Below are positions 11,918 through 26,107 of a stretch of DNA of 64,000 bases, one piece after another. Source of the DNA: the human T2T-CHM13v2.0 reference genome, Homo sapiens; assembly GCF_009914755.1 (NCBI RefSeq), contig NC_060948.1, one strand, 5' to 3'. A program made the position numbers and the translations under genes. The notes under the pieces are model-generated. The model saw nothing but the letters and a program-made list of their open reading frames with translations. It was not told where the DNA came from and ran no database searches. Position 1 is the first letter of the stretch. Each line of letters begins with the position of its first letter.

Positions 11918-14900
11918 GGCCTGGAATAAAGTGGAATGCTACGGTCTCGAATGGAATAAAAATGTATGGAATGGAATGCAATGAAACGGAATCGAATGTC
12001 ATAGAATGTAATGGAATGCAACAAAATGGAATCCAAAATCATTGACTGGAAAGGCTGGGTGTCGAAAGGAATTGACTCCAATGGAATGGAATCGAATGGA
12101 ATGGAAGTGAATAGAATCGAACTAAATCGAATGGAATGGAATTGATAGGAACGGAATGGAAAGGAATGCAATGATTTGGCATGGAATGGAATCGAATGGC
12201 ATCGAATGGAATGGAATGGAATGCAATGGAATGGAATGTATTACAATGTAATGAACTTTAATGGAATGTACTCGAATGGATTCGACTGGAATGGAATGTT
12301 CTGGAAGTGAATGGACTCCAATGGAATGGATTCCAAAGGAATGGAATCGTACGGAATGGAATCTAATGGAATGGAATTAAATGGAAATGAATCAAATTGA
12401 ATAGCACGGAATTGAATTGAATGGAATGGAATGCAATGGAATCTAATGAAACGGAAAGGAAAGGAATGGAATGGAATGGAATGGGCTGGAATGGAAAGGA
12501 ATCGAAACGAATGGAATGGAATCGAACTGAAGAGACTGGAATGGAATGCACTGGAATGGAAGGGAGTGTAATGGAAGGTTCTCGAAAAAAATGGAATCGA
12601 ATGGAATGGAATTGAATGGAACGGAATAGAGTCGAATGGAATTGAATGGAATGGAATGGACTAGAGTGAAATGGAATCGAACCACAAGGAATGGACAGGA
12701 ATAGAATGGTCTCGAATTGAATGGAATCGTATGGAATGGCATCAAACGGAATGGAATGGACAGCCACGGAATGGAATGCACTCGAATGCAATGGAGTCGA
12801 AACTAATGGACTGGAATAGAATGGACTCGACTGGTACGGACTCCAATGGAATGGAATCGAATGGAAGGGAATCGAACGGAATGGACTCGAAGGGAAAAGA
12901 CTGCAATGGAAAGGTCTCGAATGGAATGGAAATTAATGGAATGGAATGGAATCGAATGAAATGGAGTCAAAAGGAATGGAATCGAATGGCAAGAAATCGA
13001 ATGTAATGGAATCGCAAGGAATTGATGTGAACGGAACGGAATGGAATGGAATCCAAAGGAATGGAATAGAATGGAATGGAATCGAATGGAAAGGACTCGA
13101 ATGGAAATCACTCGAATAGAATGCAATTTAATAAAATAGGATCAAATGTAATGGAATGGAATGGAAAGGAATCGAAACGAAAGGAATGGAGACAGATGGA
13201 ATGGAATGGAACAGAGAGCAATGGTATAGAATGGAATGGAATCATCTGGAATGGAATTGAATGGAATGGAATAATATGAAATGGAATGGAATGGAATGGA
13301 ATGGAATGCCCTTGAATTAAATGGACTGGAATGGAATGGACTCGAACAGAGTGGAATGGAAAGTGTTGAGATAGAATGGAATGGACTCCTTTGGAATGGT
13401 GTAGTATGCAATGCAATCGACTGGCAGGGAATCAAAAGGAATGTAATGGAATGGACTGGACTGGAATGCAATGGACTCGAATAGATTGGAAACGGAATGC
13501 AAAGGAATGGAATGGAATAGTATGGAATGGAATGGAAAGGAATGGAGTGGAATAGACTAGAGTGGAATGGAATGGACTGGAAAGCAACGGACTGGAATGG
13601 ATCTTTCTTGAATGGACTGGAATCAATCGGAATGGAATGCAATGCAATCAAATGGCATGGAATAAAATAGAATGAAAGAGAATCAAAAGGAATTGATTCG
13701 AATGGAATCGAATGGATTGGAAAGGAATAGAATGGAATGGAATGGAATTGACTCAAATGGAATGGACTAGAATGGAATGGATTCGAATGGAAGGCAAAGG
13801 AATGGAATCTATTGGAATGGACTGTAATGGAATGGAATGGAAGGGATTGGAATGGACTCGAATGGAATGGACTGCAATAGAAAGGATTCGAATGGAATGA
13901 AAAAGAATTGAATGGAATAGAACAGAATGGAATCAAATCGAATGAAATGGAATGGAATAGAAAGGAATGGAATGAAATGGAATGGAAAGGATTCGAATGG
14001 AATGCAATCGAATGGAATGGAATCGAACGGAATGGAATAAAATGGAAGAAAACTGGCAAGAAATGGAATCGAAATGAATGGAGAGTTATGGAACGGACTC
14101 AAAAGGAATTGAATGTAATAGAATGGAGTGGAGTGGACTCGAATATAATGGACTGGAATGGAATGAAATCACATGGAATGGGAACGAATGGAATGGAATG
14201 GAAAGGAATGGAATCGAATGGAAAGGAATCGAATGGAAGGGAATGAAATTGAATCAACAGGAATGGAAGGGAATAGAATAGACGGTAATGGAATGGACTC
14301 GAATAGAATGGACACGAATGCTCAAATTGAATGGACTCGAATGGAATGGAAACGAAAGGAATGTCATCGAATGGAATTGAATCGATTGGAATGAAATCGC
14401 ATAGAATGGAGTGGAATCAAATGGAATTGAATCGAAAGGAAAGGAAGCGAATGGACTGAAATGAAATGGAATGGAATTGAATGGAAAGTAATGCAATGGA
14501 ATAGAATGGAACGAAATTTCACGGAATGGAATCAAACTGAATGGAATCAAATCAATGGAATCCAATCAAATGGAATGGAGTAGATTGGATTGGATGGGAT
14601 TGGAATGAAATGTACTGGAAAGGACTCGAATTTCATGAAACGGAATGCAATGAATTGGAACGGAATGGACTCGAATGGAATGGAATGTCATAGAATGGCA
14701 TCAAATGGATTGGCATCAAATGGAATGGAATAGAATGCAATAGAATGCTATGGAATGGAATGGAATGCATTGGAATGGAATGTCCTCTAATGGAATGGAT
14801 TCGAGTGGAATGGAATCGAATATAATGGAGTCGAATGAAATGGAATTGAAAGGAATGGGATCGAATACAATGGAATATACTGGAATGTAATGTAATGAAC

Positions 14901-15451
14901 TCGAATGTAATTGACTGGAATGGAATGTACATGAATGGAATGTAATCGAATGGAAAGTAATCCAATGGAATAGAATCTAATGCAGTAAAATCGACTCAGA
15001 TAGAGTAGAATGTAATGGAATGGAGTGCAGTGCAATGGAATGGAATGGAATGGAATGCAATTGAATGGAATGGAATGGAATGGAATGCGATGGAATGGTA
15101 TGTAATGGATAGTAATGGACTGGAGTGAAATGGACTGGAAAGGAATGGACTCAAATTGAAAGGGCTCGAAAGGAATGGAGTCAAATGGAATGGTCTGGAA
15201 TGGAATGAACACGAATGTAATGCAATCCAATAGAATGGAATCGAATGGCATGGAATATAAAGAAATGGAATCGAAGAGAATGGAAACAAATGGAATGGAA
15301 TTGAATGGAATGGAATTGAATGGAATGGGAACGAATGGAGTGAAATTGTATGCAGTAGAAGAGAATAGAATGGAATGCAAGCGAAAGGAAGGGAATGGAT
15401 TGGAATGGAATGGAATTCATTGGAATGGAAGGGAATGTAGTGTAATGGACA
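11918..15451. repeat. DYZ1: DYZ1 unit U4, 3534 bp
   Basis: Tract n=7; 15 bp deletion near 14576. Confidence 0.93.
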
Positions 15452-18400
15452 GGCCTGGAATAAAGTGGAATGCTACGGTCTCGAATGGAATAAAAATGTA
15501 TGGAATGGAATGCAATGAAACGGAATCGAATGTCATAGAATGTAATGGAATGCAACAAAATGGAATCCAAAATCATTGACTGGAAAGGCTGGGTGTCGAA
15601 AGGAATTGACTCCAATGGAATGGAATCGAATGGAATGGAAGTGAATAGAATCGAACTAAATCGAATGGAATGGAATTGATAGGAACGGAATGGAAAGGAA
15701 TGCAATGATTTGGCATGGAATGGAATCGAATGGCATCGAATGGAATGGAATGGAATGCAATGGAATGGAATGTATTAGAATGTAATGAACATTAATGGAA
15801 TGTACTCGAATGGATTCGACTGGAATGGAATGTTCTGGAAGTGAATGGACTCCAATGGAATGGATTCGAAAGGAATGGAATCGAACGGAATGGAATCTAA
15901 TGGAATGGAATTAAATGGAAATGAATCAAATTGAATAGCACGGAATTGAATTGAATGGAATCAAATGCAATGGAATCTAATGAAACGGAAAGGAAAGAAT
16001 GGAATGGAATAGAATGGGCTGGAATGGAAAGGAATCGAAACGAATGGAATGGAATCGAACTGAAGAGACTGGAATGGAATGCACTGGAATGGAAGGGAGT
16101 GTAATGGAAGGTTCTCGACAAAAATGGAATCGAATGGAATGGAATTGATTGGAACGGAATAGAGTCGAATGGAATTGAATGGAATGGAATGGACTAGAGT
16201 GAAATGGAATCGAACCACAAGGAATGGACAGGAATAGAATGGTCTCGAATTGAATGGAATCGTATGGAATGGCATCAAACGGAATGGAATGGACAGCCAC
16301 GGAATGGAATGCACTCGAATGCAATGGAGTCGAAACTAATGGACTGGAATAGAATGGACTCGACTGGTACGGACTCCAATGGAATGGAATCGAATGGAAG
16401 GGAATTGAACGGAATGGACTCGAAGGGAAAAGACTGCAATGGAAAGGTCTCGAATGGAATGGAAATTAATGGGATGGAATGGAATCGAATGAAATGGAGT
16501 CAAAAGGAATGGAATCGAATGGCAAGAAATCGAATGTAATGGAATCGCAAGGAATTGATGTGAACGGAACGGAATGGAATGGAATCCAAAGGAATGGAAT
16601 AGAATGGAATGGAATCGAATGGAAAGGACTCGAATGGAAATCACTCGAATAGAATGCAATTTAATAAAATAGGATCAAATGTAATAGAATGGAATGGAAA
16701 GGAATCGAAACGGAAGGAATGGAGACAGATGGAATGGAATGGAACAGAGAGCAATGGTATAGAATGGAATGGAATCATCTGGAATGGAATTGAATGGAAT
16801 GGAATAATATGAAATGGAATGGAATGGAATGGAATGGAATGCCCTTGAATTAAATGGACTGGAATGGAATGGACTCGAACAGAGTGGAATGGAAAGTGTT
16901 GAGATAGAATGGAATGGACTCATTTGGAATGGTGTAGTATGCAATGCAATCGACTGGCAGGGAATCAAAAGGAATGTAATCGAATGGATTGGACTGGAAT
17001 GCAATGGATTCGAATAGATTGCAAACGGAATGCAAAGGAATGGAATGGAATAGTATGGAATGGAATGGAAAGGAATGGAGCGGAATAGACTAGAGTGGAA
17101 TGGAATGGACTGGAAAGCAATGGACTGGAATGGAACTTTCTTGAATGGACTGGAATCAAACGGAATGGAATGCAATGCAATCAAATGGTATGGAATAAAA
17201 TAGAATGAAAGAGAATCAAATGGAATTGAATCGAATGGAATCGAATGGATTGGAAAGGAATAGAATGGAATGGAATGGAATTGACTCAAATGGAATGGAC
17301 TAGAATGGAATGGATTCGAATGGAAGGCAAAGGAATGGAATCTATTGGAATGGACTGTAATGGAATGGAATGGAAGGGATTGGAATGGACTCGAATGGAA
17401 TGGACTGCAATAGAAAGGATTCGAATGGAATGAAAAAGATTTGAATGGAATAGAACAGAATGGAATCAAATCGAATGAAATGGAATGGAATAGAAAGGAA
17501 TGGAATGAAATGGAATGGAAAGGATTCGAATGGAATGCAATCGAATGGAATGGAATCGAACGGAATGGAATAAAATGGAAGAAAACTGGCAAGAAATGGA
17601 ATCGAAATGAATGGAGTGTTATGGAACGGACTCAAAAGGAATTGAATGTAATAGAATGGAGTGGAGTGGACTCGAATATAATGGTCTGGAATGGAATGAA
17701 ATCACATGGAATGGGAACGAATGGAATGGAATGGAAAGGAATGGAATCGAATGGAAAGGAATCGAATGGAAGGGAATGAAATTGAATCAACAGGAATGGA
17801 AGGGAATAGAATAGACGGTAATGGAATGGACTCGAATAGAATGGACACGAATGCTCAAATTGAATGGACTCGAATGGAATGGAAAAGAAAGGAATGTCAT
17901 CGAATGGAATTGAATCGATTGGAATGAAATCACTTAGAATCGAGTGGAATCAAATGGAATTGAATCGAAAGGAAAGGAAGCGAATGGACTGAAATGAAAT
18001 GGAATGGAATTGAATGGAAAGTAATGCAATGGAATAGAATGGAACGAAATTTCACGGAATGGAATCAAACTGAATGGAATCAAATCAATGGAATCTAATC
18101 AAATGGAATGGAAAGGAATTGAATGGAGTAGATGGGATTGGATGGGATTGGAATGAAATGTACTGGAAAGGACTCGAATTTCATGAAACGGAATGGAATG
18201 AATTGGAACGGAATGGACTCGAATGGAATGGAATGTCATGGAATGGCATCAAATGGAATGGCATCAAATGGAATGGAATCGAATGCAATGGAATGTTATG
18301 GAATGGAATGGAATGCATTGGAATGGAATGTCCTCTAATGGAATGGATTCGAGTGGAATGGAATCGAATATAATGGAGTCGAATGAAATGGAATTGAAAG

Positions 18401-19019
18401 GAATGGGATCGAATACAATAGAATATACTGGAATGTAATGTAATGAACTCGAATGTAATTGACTGGAATGGAATGTACATGAATGGAATGTAATCGAATG
18501 GAAAGTAATCCAATGGAATAGAATCTAATGCAATAAAACCGACTCAGATAGAGTAGAATGTAATGGAATGGAGTGCAGTGCAATGGTATGGAATGGAATT
18601 GAATGCAATGGAATGGAATGGAATGGAATGGAATGGAATGGAATGGAATGGAATGGGATGGAATGGTATGGAATGGATAGTAATGGACTGGAGTGAAATG
18701 GACTGGAAAGGAATGGACTCAAATTGAAAGGGCTCGAAAGGAATGGAGTCAAATGGAATGGTCTGGAATGGAATGAACACGAATGTAATGCAACCCAATA
18801 GAATGGAATCGAATGGCATGGAATATAAAGAAATGGAATCGAAGAGAATGGAAACAAATGGAATGGAATTGAATGGAATGGAATTGAATGGAATGGGAAC
18901 GAATGGAGTGAAATTGTATGCAGTAGAAGAGAATAGAATGGAATGCAAGCGAAAGGAAAGGAATGGATTGGAATGGAATGGAATTCATTGGAATGGAAGG
19001 GAATGTAGTGTAATGGACA
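15452..19019. repeat. DYZ1: DYZ1 unit U5, 3568 bp
   Basis: Tract n=11; 1 bp deletion near 15997. Confidence 0.93.
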
Positions 19020-22000
19020 GGCCTGGAATAAAGTGGAATGCTACGGTCTCGAATGGAATAAAAATGTATGGAATGGAATGCAATGAAACGGAATCGAATG
19101 TCATAGAATGTAATGGAATGCAAAAAAATGGAATCCAAAATCATTGACTGGAAAGGCTGGGTGTCGAAAGGAATTGACTCCAATGGAATGGAATCGAATG
19201 GAATGGAAGTGAATAGAATCGAACTAAATCGAATGGAATGGAATTGATAGGAACGGAATGGAAAGGAATGCAATGATTTGGCATGGAATGGAATCGAATG
19301 GCATCGAATGGAATGGAATGGAATGCAATGGAATGGAATGTATTAGAATGGAATGAACTTTAATGGAATGTACTCGAATGGATTCGACTGGAATGGAATG
19401 TTCTGGAAGTGAATGGACTCCAATGGAATGGATTCAAAAGGAATGGAATCGTACGGAATGGAATCTAATGGAATGGAATTAAATGGAAATGAATCAAATT
19501 GAATAGCACGGAATTGAATTGAATGGAATGGAATGCAATGGAATCTAATGAAACGGAAAGGAAAGGAATGGAATGGAATGGAATGGGCTGGAATGGAAAG
19601 GAATCGAAACGAATGGAATGGAATCGAACTGAAGAGACTGGAATGGAATGCACTGGAATGGAAGGGAGTGTAATGGAAGGTTCTCGAAAAAAATGGAATC
19701 GAATGGAATGGAATTGAATGGAACGGAATAGAGTCGAATGGAATTGAATGGAATGGAATGGACTAGAGTGAAATGGAATCGAACCACAAGGAATGGACAG
19801 GAATAGAATGTTCTCGAATTGAATGGGATCGTATGGAATGGCATCAAACGGAATGGAATGGACAGCCACGGAATGGAATGCACTCGAATGCAATGGAGTC
19901 GAAACTAATGGACTGGAATAGAATGGACTCGACTGGTACGGACTCCAATGGAATGGAATCGAATGGAAGGGAATCGAACGGAATGGACTCGAAGGGAAAA
20001 GACTGCAATGGAAAGGTCTCGAATGGAATGGAAATTAATGGAATGGAATGGAATCGAATGAAATGGAGTCAAAAGGAATGGAATCGAATGGCAAGAAATC
20101 GAATGTAATGGAATCGCAAGGAATTGATGTGAACGGAACGGAATGGAATGGAATCCAAAGGAATGGAATAGAATGGAATGGAATCGAATGGAAAGGACTC
20201 GAATGGAAATCACTCGAATAGAATGCAATTTAATAAAATAGGATCAAATGTAATGGAATGGAATGGAAAGGAATCGAAACGAAAGGAATGGAGACAGATG
20301 GAATGGAATGGAACAGAGAGCAATGGTATAGAATGGAATGGAATCATCTGGAATGGAATTGAATGGAATGGAATAATATGAAATGGAATGGAATGGAATG
20401 GAATGGAATGCCCTTGAATTAAATGGACTGGACTCGAACAGAGTGGAATGGAAAGTGTTGAGATAGAATGGAATGGACTCCTTTGGAATGGTGTAGTATG
20501 CAATGCAATCGACTGGCATGGAATCAAAAGGAATGTAATCGAATGGATTGGACTGGAATGCAATGGACTCGAATAGATTGGAAACGGAATGCAAAGGAAT
20601 GGAATGGAATAGTATGGAATGGAATGGAAAGGAATGGAGTGGAATAGACTAGAGTGGAATGGAATGGACTGGAAAGCAATGGACTGGAATGGAACTTTCT
20701 TGAATGGACTGGAATCAAACGGAATGGAATGCAATGCAATCAAATGGCATGGAATAAAATAGAATGAAAGAGAATCAAATGGAATTGAATCGAATGGAAT
20801 CGAATGGATTGTAAAGGAATAGAATGGAATGGAATGGAATTGACTCAAATGGAATGGACTAGAATGGAATGGATTCGAATGGAAGGCAAAGGAATGGAAT
20901 CTATTGGAATGGACTGTAATGGAATGGAATGGAAGGGATTGGAATGGACTCGAATGGAATGGACTGCAATAGAAAGGATTCGAATGGAATGAAAAAGAAT
21001 TGAATGGAATAGAACAGAATGGAATCAAATCGAATGAAATGGAATGGAATAGAAAGGAATGGAATGAAATGGAATGGAAAGGATTCGAATGGAATGCAAT
21101 CGAATGGAATGGAATAAAATGGAAGAAAACAGGCAAGAAATGGAATCGAAAGGAATGGAGTGTTATGGAACGGACTCAAAAGGAATTGAATGTAATAGAA
21201 TGGAGTGGAGTGGACTCGAATATAATGGACTGGAATGGAATGAAATCACATGGAATGGGAACGAATGGAATGGAATGGAAAGGAATGGAATCGAATGGAA
21301 AGGAATCGAATGGAAGGGAATGAAATTGAATCAACAGGAATGGAAGGGAATAGAATAGACGGTAATGGAATGGACTCGAATAGAATGGACACGAATGCTC
21401 AAATTGAATGGACTCGAATGGAATGGAAACGAAAGGAATGTCATCGAATGGAATTGAATCGATTGGAATGAAATCGCATAGAATGGAGTGGAATCAAATG
21501 GAATTGAATCGAAAGGAAAGGAAGCGAATGGACTGAAATGAAATGGAATGGAATTGAATGGAAAGTAATGCAATGGAATAGAATGGAACGAAATTTCACG
21601 GAATGGAATCAAACTGAATGGAATCAAATCAATGGAATATAATCAAATGGAATGGAAAGGAATTGAATGGAGTAGATTGGATTGGATGGGATTGGAATGA
21701 AATGTACTGGAAAGGACTCGAATTTCATGAAACGGAATGGAATGAATTGGAACGGAATGGACTCGAATGGAATGGAATGTCATGGAATGGCATCAAATGG
21801 AATGGCATCAAATGGAATGGAATCGAATGCAATGGAATGCTATGGAATGGAATGGAATGCATTGGAATGGAATGTCCTCTAATGGAATGGATTCGAGTGG
21901 AATGGAATCGAATATAATGGAGTCGAATGAAATGGAATTGAAAGGAATGGGATCGAATACAATGGAATATACTGGAATGTAATGTAATGAACTCGAATGT

Positions 22001-22543
22001 AATTGACTGGAATGGAATGTACATGAATGGAATGTAATCGAATGGAAAGTAATCCAATGGAATAGAATCTAATGCAATAAAATCGACTCAGATAGAGTAG
22101 AATGTAATGGAATGGAGTGCAGTGCAATGGAATGGAATGGAATGGAATGCAATGTAATGGAATGGAATGGAATGGAATGGGATGGAATGGTATGGAATGG
22201 ACAGTAATGGACTGGAGTGAAATGGACTGGAAAGGAATGGACTCAAATTGAAAGGGCTCGAAAGGAATAGAGACAAATGGAATGGTCTGGAATGGAATGA
22301 ACACGAATGTAATGCAATCCAATAGAATGGAGTCGAATGGCATGGAATATAAAGAAATGGAATCGAAGAGAATGGAAACAAATGGAATGGAATTGAATGG
22401 AATGGAATTGAATGGAATGGGAACGAATGGAGTGAAATTTTATGCAGTAGAAGAGAATAGAATGGAATGCAAGAGAAACGAAAGGAATGGATTGGAATGG
22501 AATGGAATTCATTGGAATGGAAGGGAATGTAGTGTAATGGACA
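19020..22543. repeat. DYZ1: DYZ1 unit U6, 3524 bp
   Basis: Tract n=7; 10 bp deletion near 20429 and 15 bp deletion near 21110. Confidence 0.93.
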
Positions 22544-25500
22544 GGCCTGGAATAAAGTGGAATGCTACGGTCTCGAATGGAATAAAAATGTATGGAATGG
22601 AATGCAATGAAACGGAATCGAATGTCATAGAATGTAATGGAATGCAAAAAAATGGAATCCAAAATCATTGACTGGAAAGGCTGGGTGTCAAAAGGAATTG
22701 ACTCCAATGGAATGGAATCGAATGGAATGGAAGTGAATAGAATCGAACTAAATCGAATGGAATGGAATTGATAGGAACGGAATGGAAAGGAATGCAATGA
22801 TTTGGCATGGAATGGAATCGAATGGCATCGAATGGAATGGAATGGAATGCAATGGAATGGAATGTATTAGAATGAAATGAACTTTAATGGAATGTACTCG
22901 AATGGATTCGACTGGAATGGAATGTTCTGGAAGTGAATGGACTCCAATGGAATGGATTCCAAAGGAATGGAATCGTACGGAATGGAATCTAATGGAATGG
23001 AATTAAATGGAAATGAATCAAATTGAATAGCACGGAATTGAATTGAATGGAATGGAATGCAATGGAATCTAATGAAACGGAAAGGAAAGGAATGGAATGG
23101 AATGGAATGGGCTGGAATGGAAAGGAATCGAAACGAATGGAATGGAATCGAACTGAAGAGACTGGAATGGAATGCACTGGAATGGAAGGGAGTGTAATGG
23201 AAGGTTCTCGAAAAAAATGGAATCGAATGGAATGGAATTGAATGGAACGGAATAGAGTCGAATGGAATTGAATGGAATGGAATGGACTAGAGTGAAATGG
23301 AATCGAACCACAAGGAATGGACAGGAATAGAATGGTCTCGAATTGAATGGGATCGTATGGAATGGCATCAAACGGAATGGAATGGACAGCCACGGAATGG
23401 AATGCACTCGAATGCAATGGAGTCGAAACTAATGGACTGGAATAGAATGGACTCGACTGGTACGGACTCCAATGGAATGGAATCGAATGGAAGGGAATCG
23501 AACGGAATGGACTCGAAGGGAAAAGACTGCAATGGAAAGGTCTCGAATGGAATGGAAATTAATGGAATGGATTGGAATCGAATGAAATGGAGTCAAAAGG
23601 AATGGAATCGAATGGCAAGAAATCGAATGTAATGGAATCGCCAGGAATTGATGTGAACGGAACGGAATGGAATGGAATCCAAAGGAATGGAATAGAATGG
23701 AATGGAATCGAATGGAAAGGACTCGAATGGAAATCACTCGAATAGAATGAAATTTAATAAAATAGGATCAAATGTAATGGAATGGAATGGAAAGGAATCG
23801 AAACGAAAGGAATGGAGACAGATGGAATGGAATGGAACAGAGAGCAATGGTATAGAATGGAATGGAATCATCTGGAATGGAATTGAATGGAATGGAATAA
23901 TATGAAATGGAATGGAATGGAATGGAATGGAATGCCCTTGAATTAAATGGACTGGACTCGAACAGAGTGGAATGGAAAGTGTTGAGATAGAATGGAATGG
24001 ACTCCTTTGGAATGGTGTAGTATGCAATGCAATCGACTGGCATGGAATCAAAAGGAATGTAATGGAATGGTTTGGACTGGAATGCAATGGACTCGAATAG
24101 ATTGGAAACGGAATGCAAAGGAATGGAATGGAATAGTATGGAATGGAATGGAAAGGAATCGAGTGGAATAGACTAGAGTGGAATGGAATGGACTGGAAAG
24201 CAATTGACTGGAATGGAACTTTCTTGAATGGACTGGAATCAAACGGAATGGAATGCAATGCAATCAAATGGCATGGAATAAAATAGAATGAAAGAGAATC
24301 AAATGGAATTGAATTGAATGGAATCGAATGGATTGGAAAGGAATAGAATGGAATGGAATGGAATTGACTCAAATGGAATGGACTAGAATGGAATGGATTC
24401 GAATGGAAGGCAAAGGAATGGAATCTATTGGAATGGACTGTAATGGAATGGAATGGAAGGGATTGGAATGGACTCGAATGGAATGGACTGCAATAGAAAG
24501 GATTCGAATGGAATGAAAAAGAATTGAATGGAATAGAACAGAATGGAATCAAATCGAATGAAATGGAATGGAATAGAAAGGAATGGAATGAAATGGAATG
24601 GAAAGGATTCGAATGGAATGCAATCGAATGGAATGGAATCGAACGGAATGGAATAAAATGGAAGAAAACAGGCAAGAAATGGAATCGAAAGGAATGGAGT
24701 GTTATGGAACGGACTCAAAAGGAATTGAATGTAATAGAATGGAGTGGAGTGGACTCGAATATAATGGACTGGAATGGAATGAAATCACATGGAATGGGAA
24801 CGAATGGAATGGAATGGAAAGGAATGGAATCGAATGGAAAGGAATCGAATGGAAGGGAATGAAATTGAATCAACAGGAATGGAAGGGAATAGAATAGACG
24901 GTAATGGAATGGACTCGAATAGAATGGACACGAATGCTCAAATTGAATGGACTCGAATGGAATGGAAACGAAAGGAATGTCATCGAATGGAATTGAATCG
25001 ATTGGAATGAAATCGCATAGAATGGAGTGGAATCAAATGGAATTGAATCGAAAGGAAAGGAAGCGAATGGACTGAAATGAAATGGAATGGAATTGAATGG
25101 AAAGTAATGCAATGGAATAGAAGGGAACGAAATTTCACGGAATGGAATCAAACTGAATGGAATCAAATCAATGGAATCAAATCAAACGGAATGGAAAGGA
25201 ATTGAATGGAGTAGATTGGATTGGATGGGATTGGAATGTAATGTACTGGAAAGGACTCGAATTTCATGAAACGGAATGGAATGAATTGGAACGGAATGGA
25301 CTCGAATGGAATGGAATGTCATGGAATGGCGTCAAATGGAATGGCATCAAATGGAATGGAATCGAATGCAATGGAATGCTATGGAATGGAATGGAATGCA
25401 TTGGAATGGAATGTCCTCTAATGGAATGGATTCGAGTGGAATGGAATCGAATATAATGGAGTCGAATGAAATGGAATTGAAAGGAATGGGATCGAATACA

Positions 25501-26107
25501 ATGGAATATACTGGAATGTAATGTAATGAACTCGAATGTAATTGACTGGAATGGAATGTACATGAATGGAATGTAATCGAAAGGAAAGTAATCCAATGGA
25601 ATAGAATCTAATGCAGTAAAATCGACTCAGATAGAGTAGAATGTAATGGAATGGAGTGCAGTGCAATGCAATGGAATGGAATGGAATGCAATGGAATGGA
25701 ATGGAATGGAATGGAATGGAATGGAATGGAATGGAATGGAATGGGATGGAATGGTATGGAATGGATAGTAATGGACTGGAGTGAAATGGACTGCAAAGGA
25801 ATGGACTCAAATTGAAAGGGCTCGAAAGGAATGGAGTCAAATGGAATGGTCTGGAATGGAATGAACACGAATGTAATGCAATCCAATAGAATGGAATCGA
25901 ATGGCATGGAATATAAAGAAATGGAATCGAAGAGAATGGAAACAAATGGAATGGAATTGAATGGAATGGAATTGAATGGAATGGGAACGAATGGAGTGAA
26001 ATTGTATGCAGTAGAAGGGAATAGAATGGAATGCAAGCGAAAGGAAAGGAATGGATTGGAATGGAATGGAATTCATTGGAATGGAAGGGAATGTAGTGTA
26101 ATGGACA
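22544..26107. repeat. DYZ1: DYZ1 unit U7, 3564 bp
   Basis: Tract n=12; 10 bp deletion near 23953. Confidence 0.93.
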
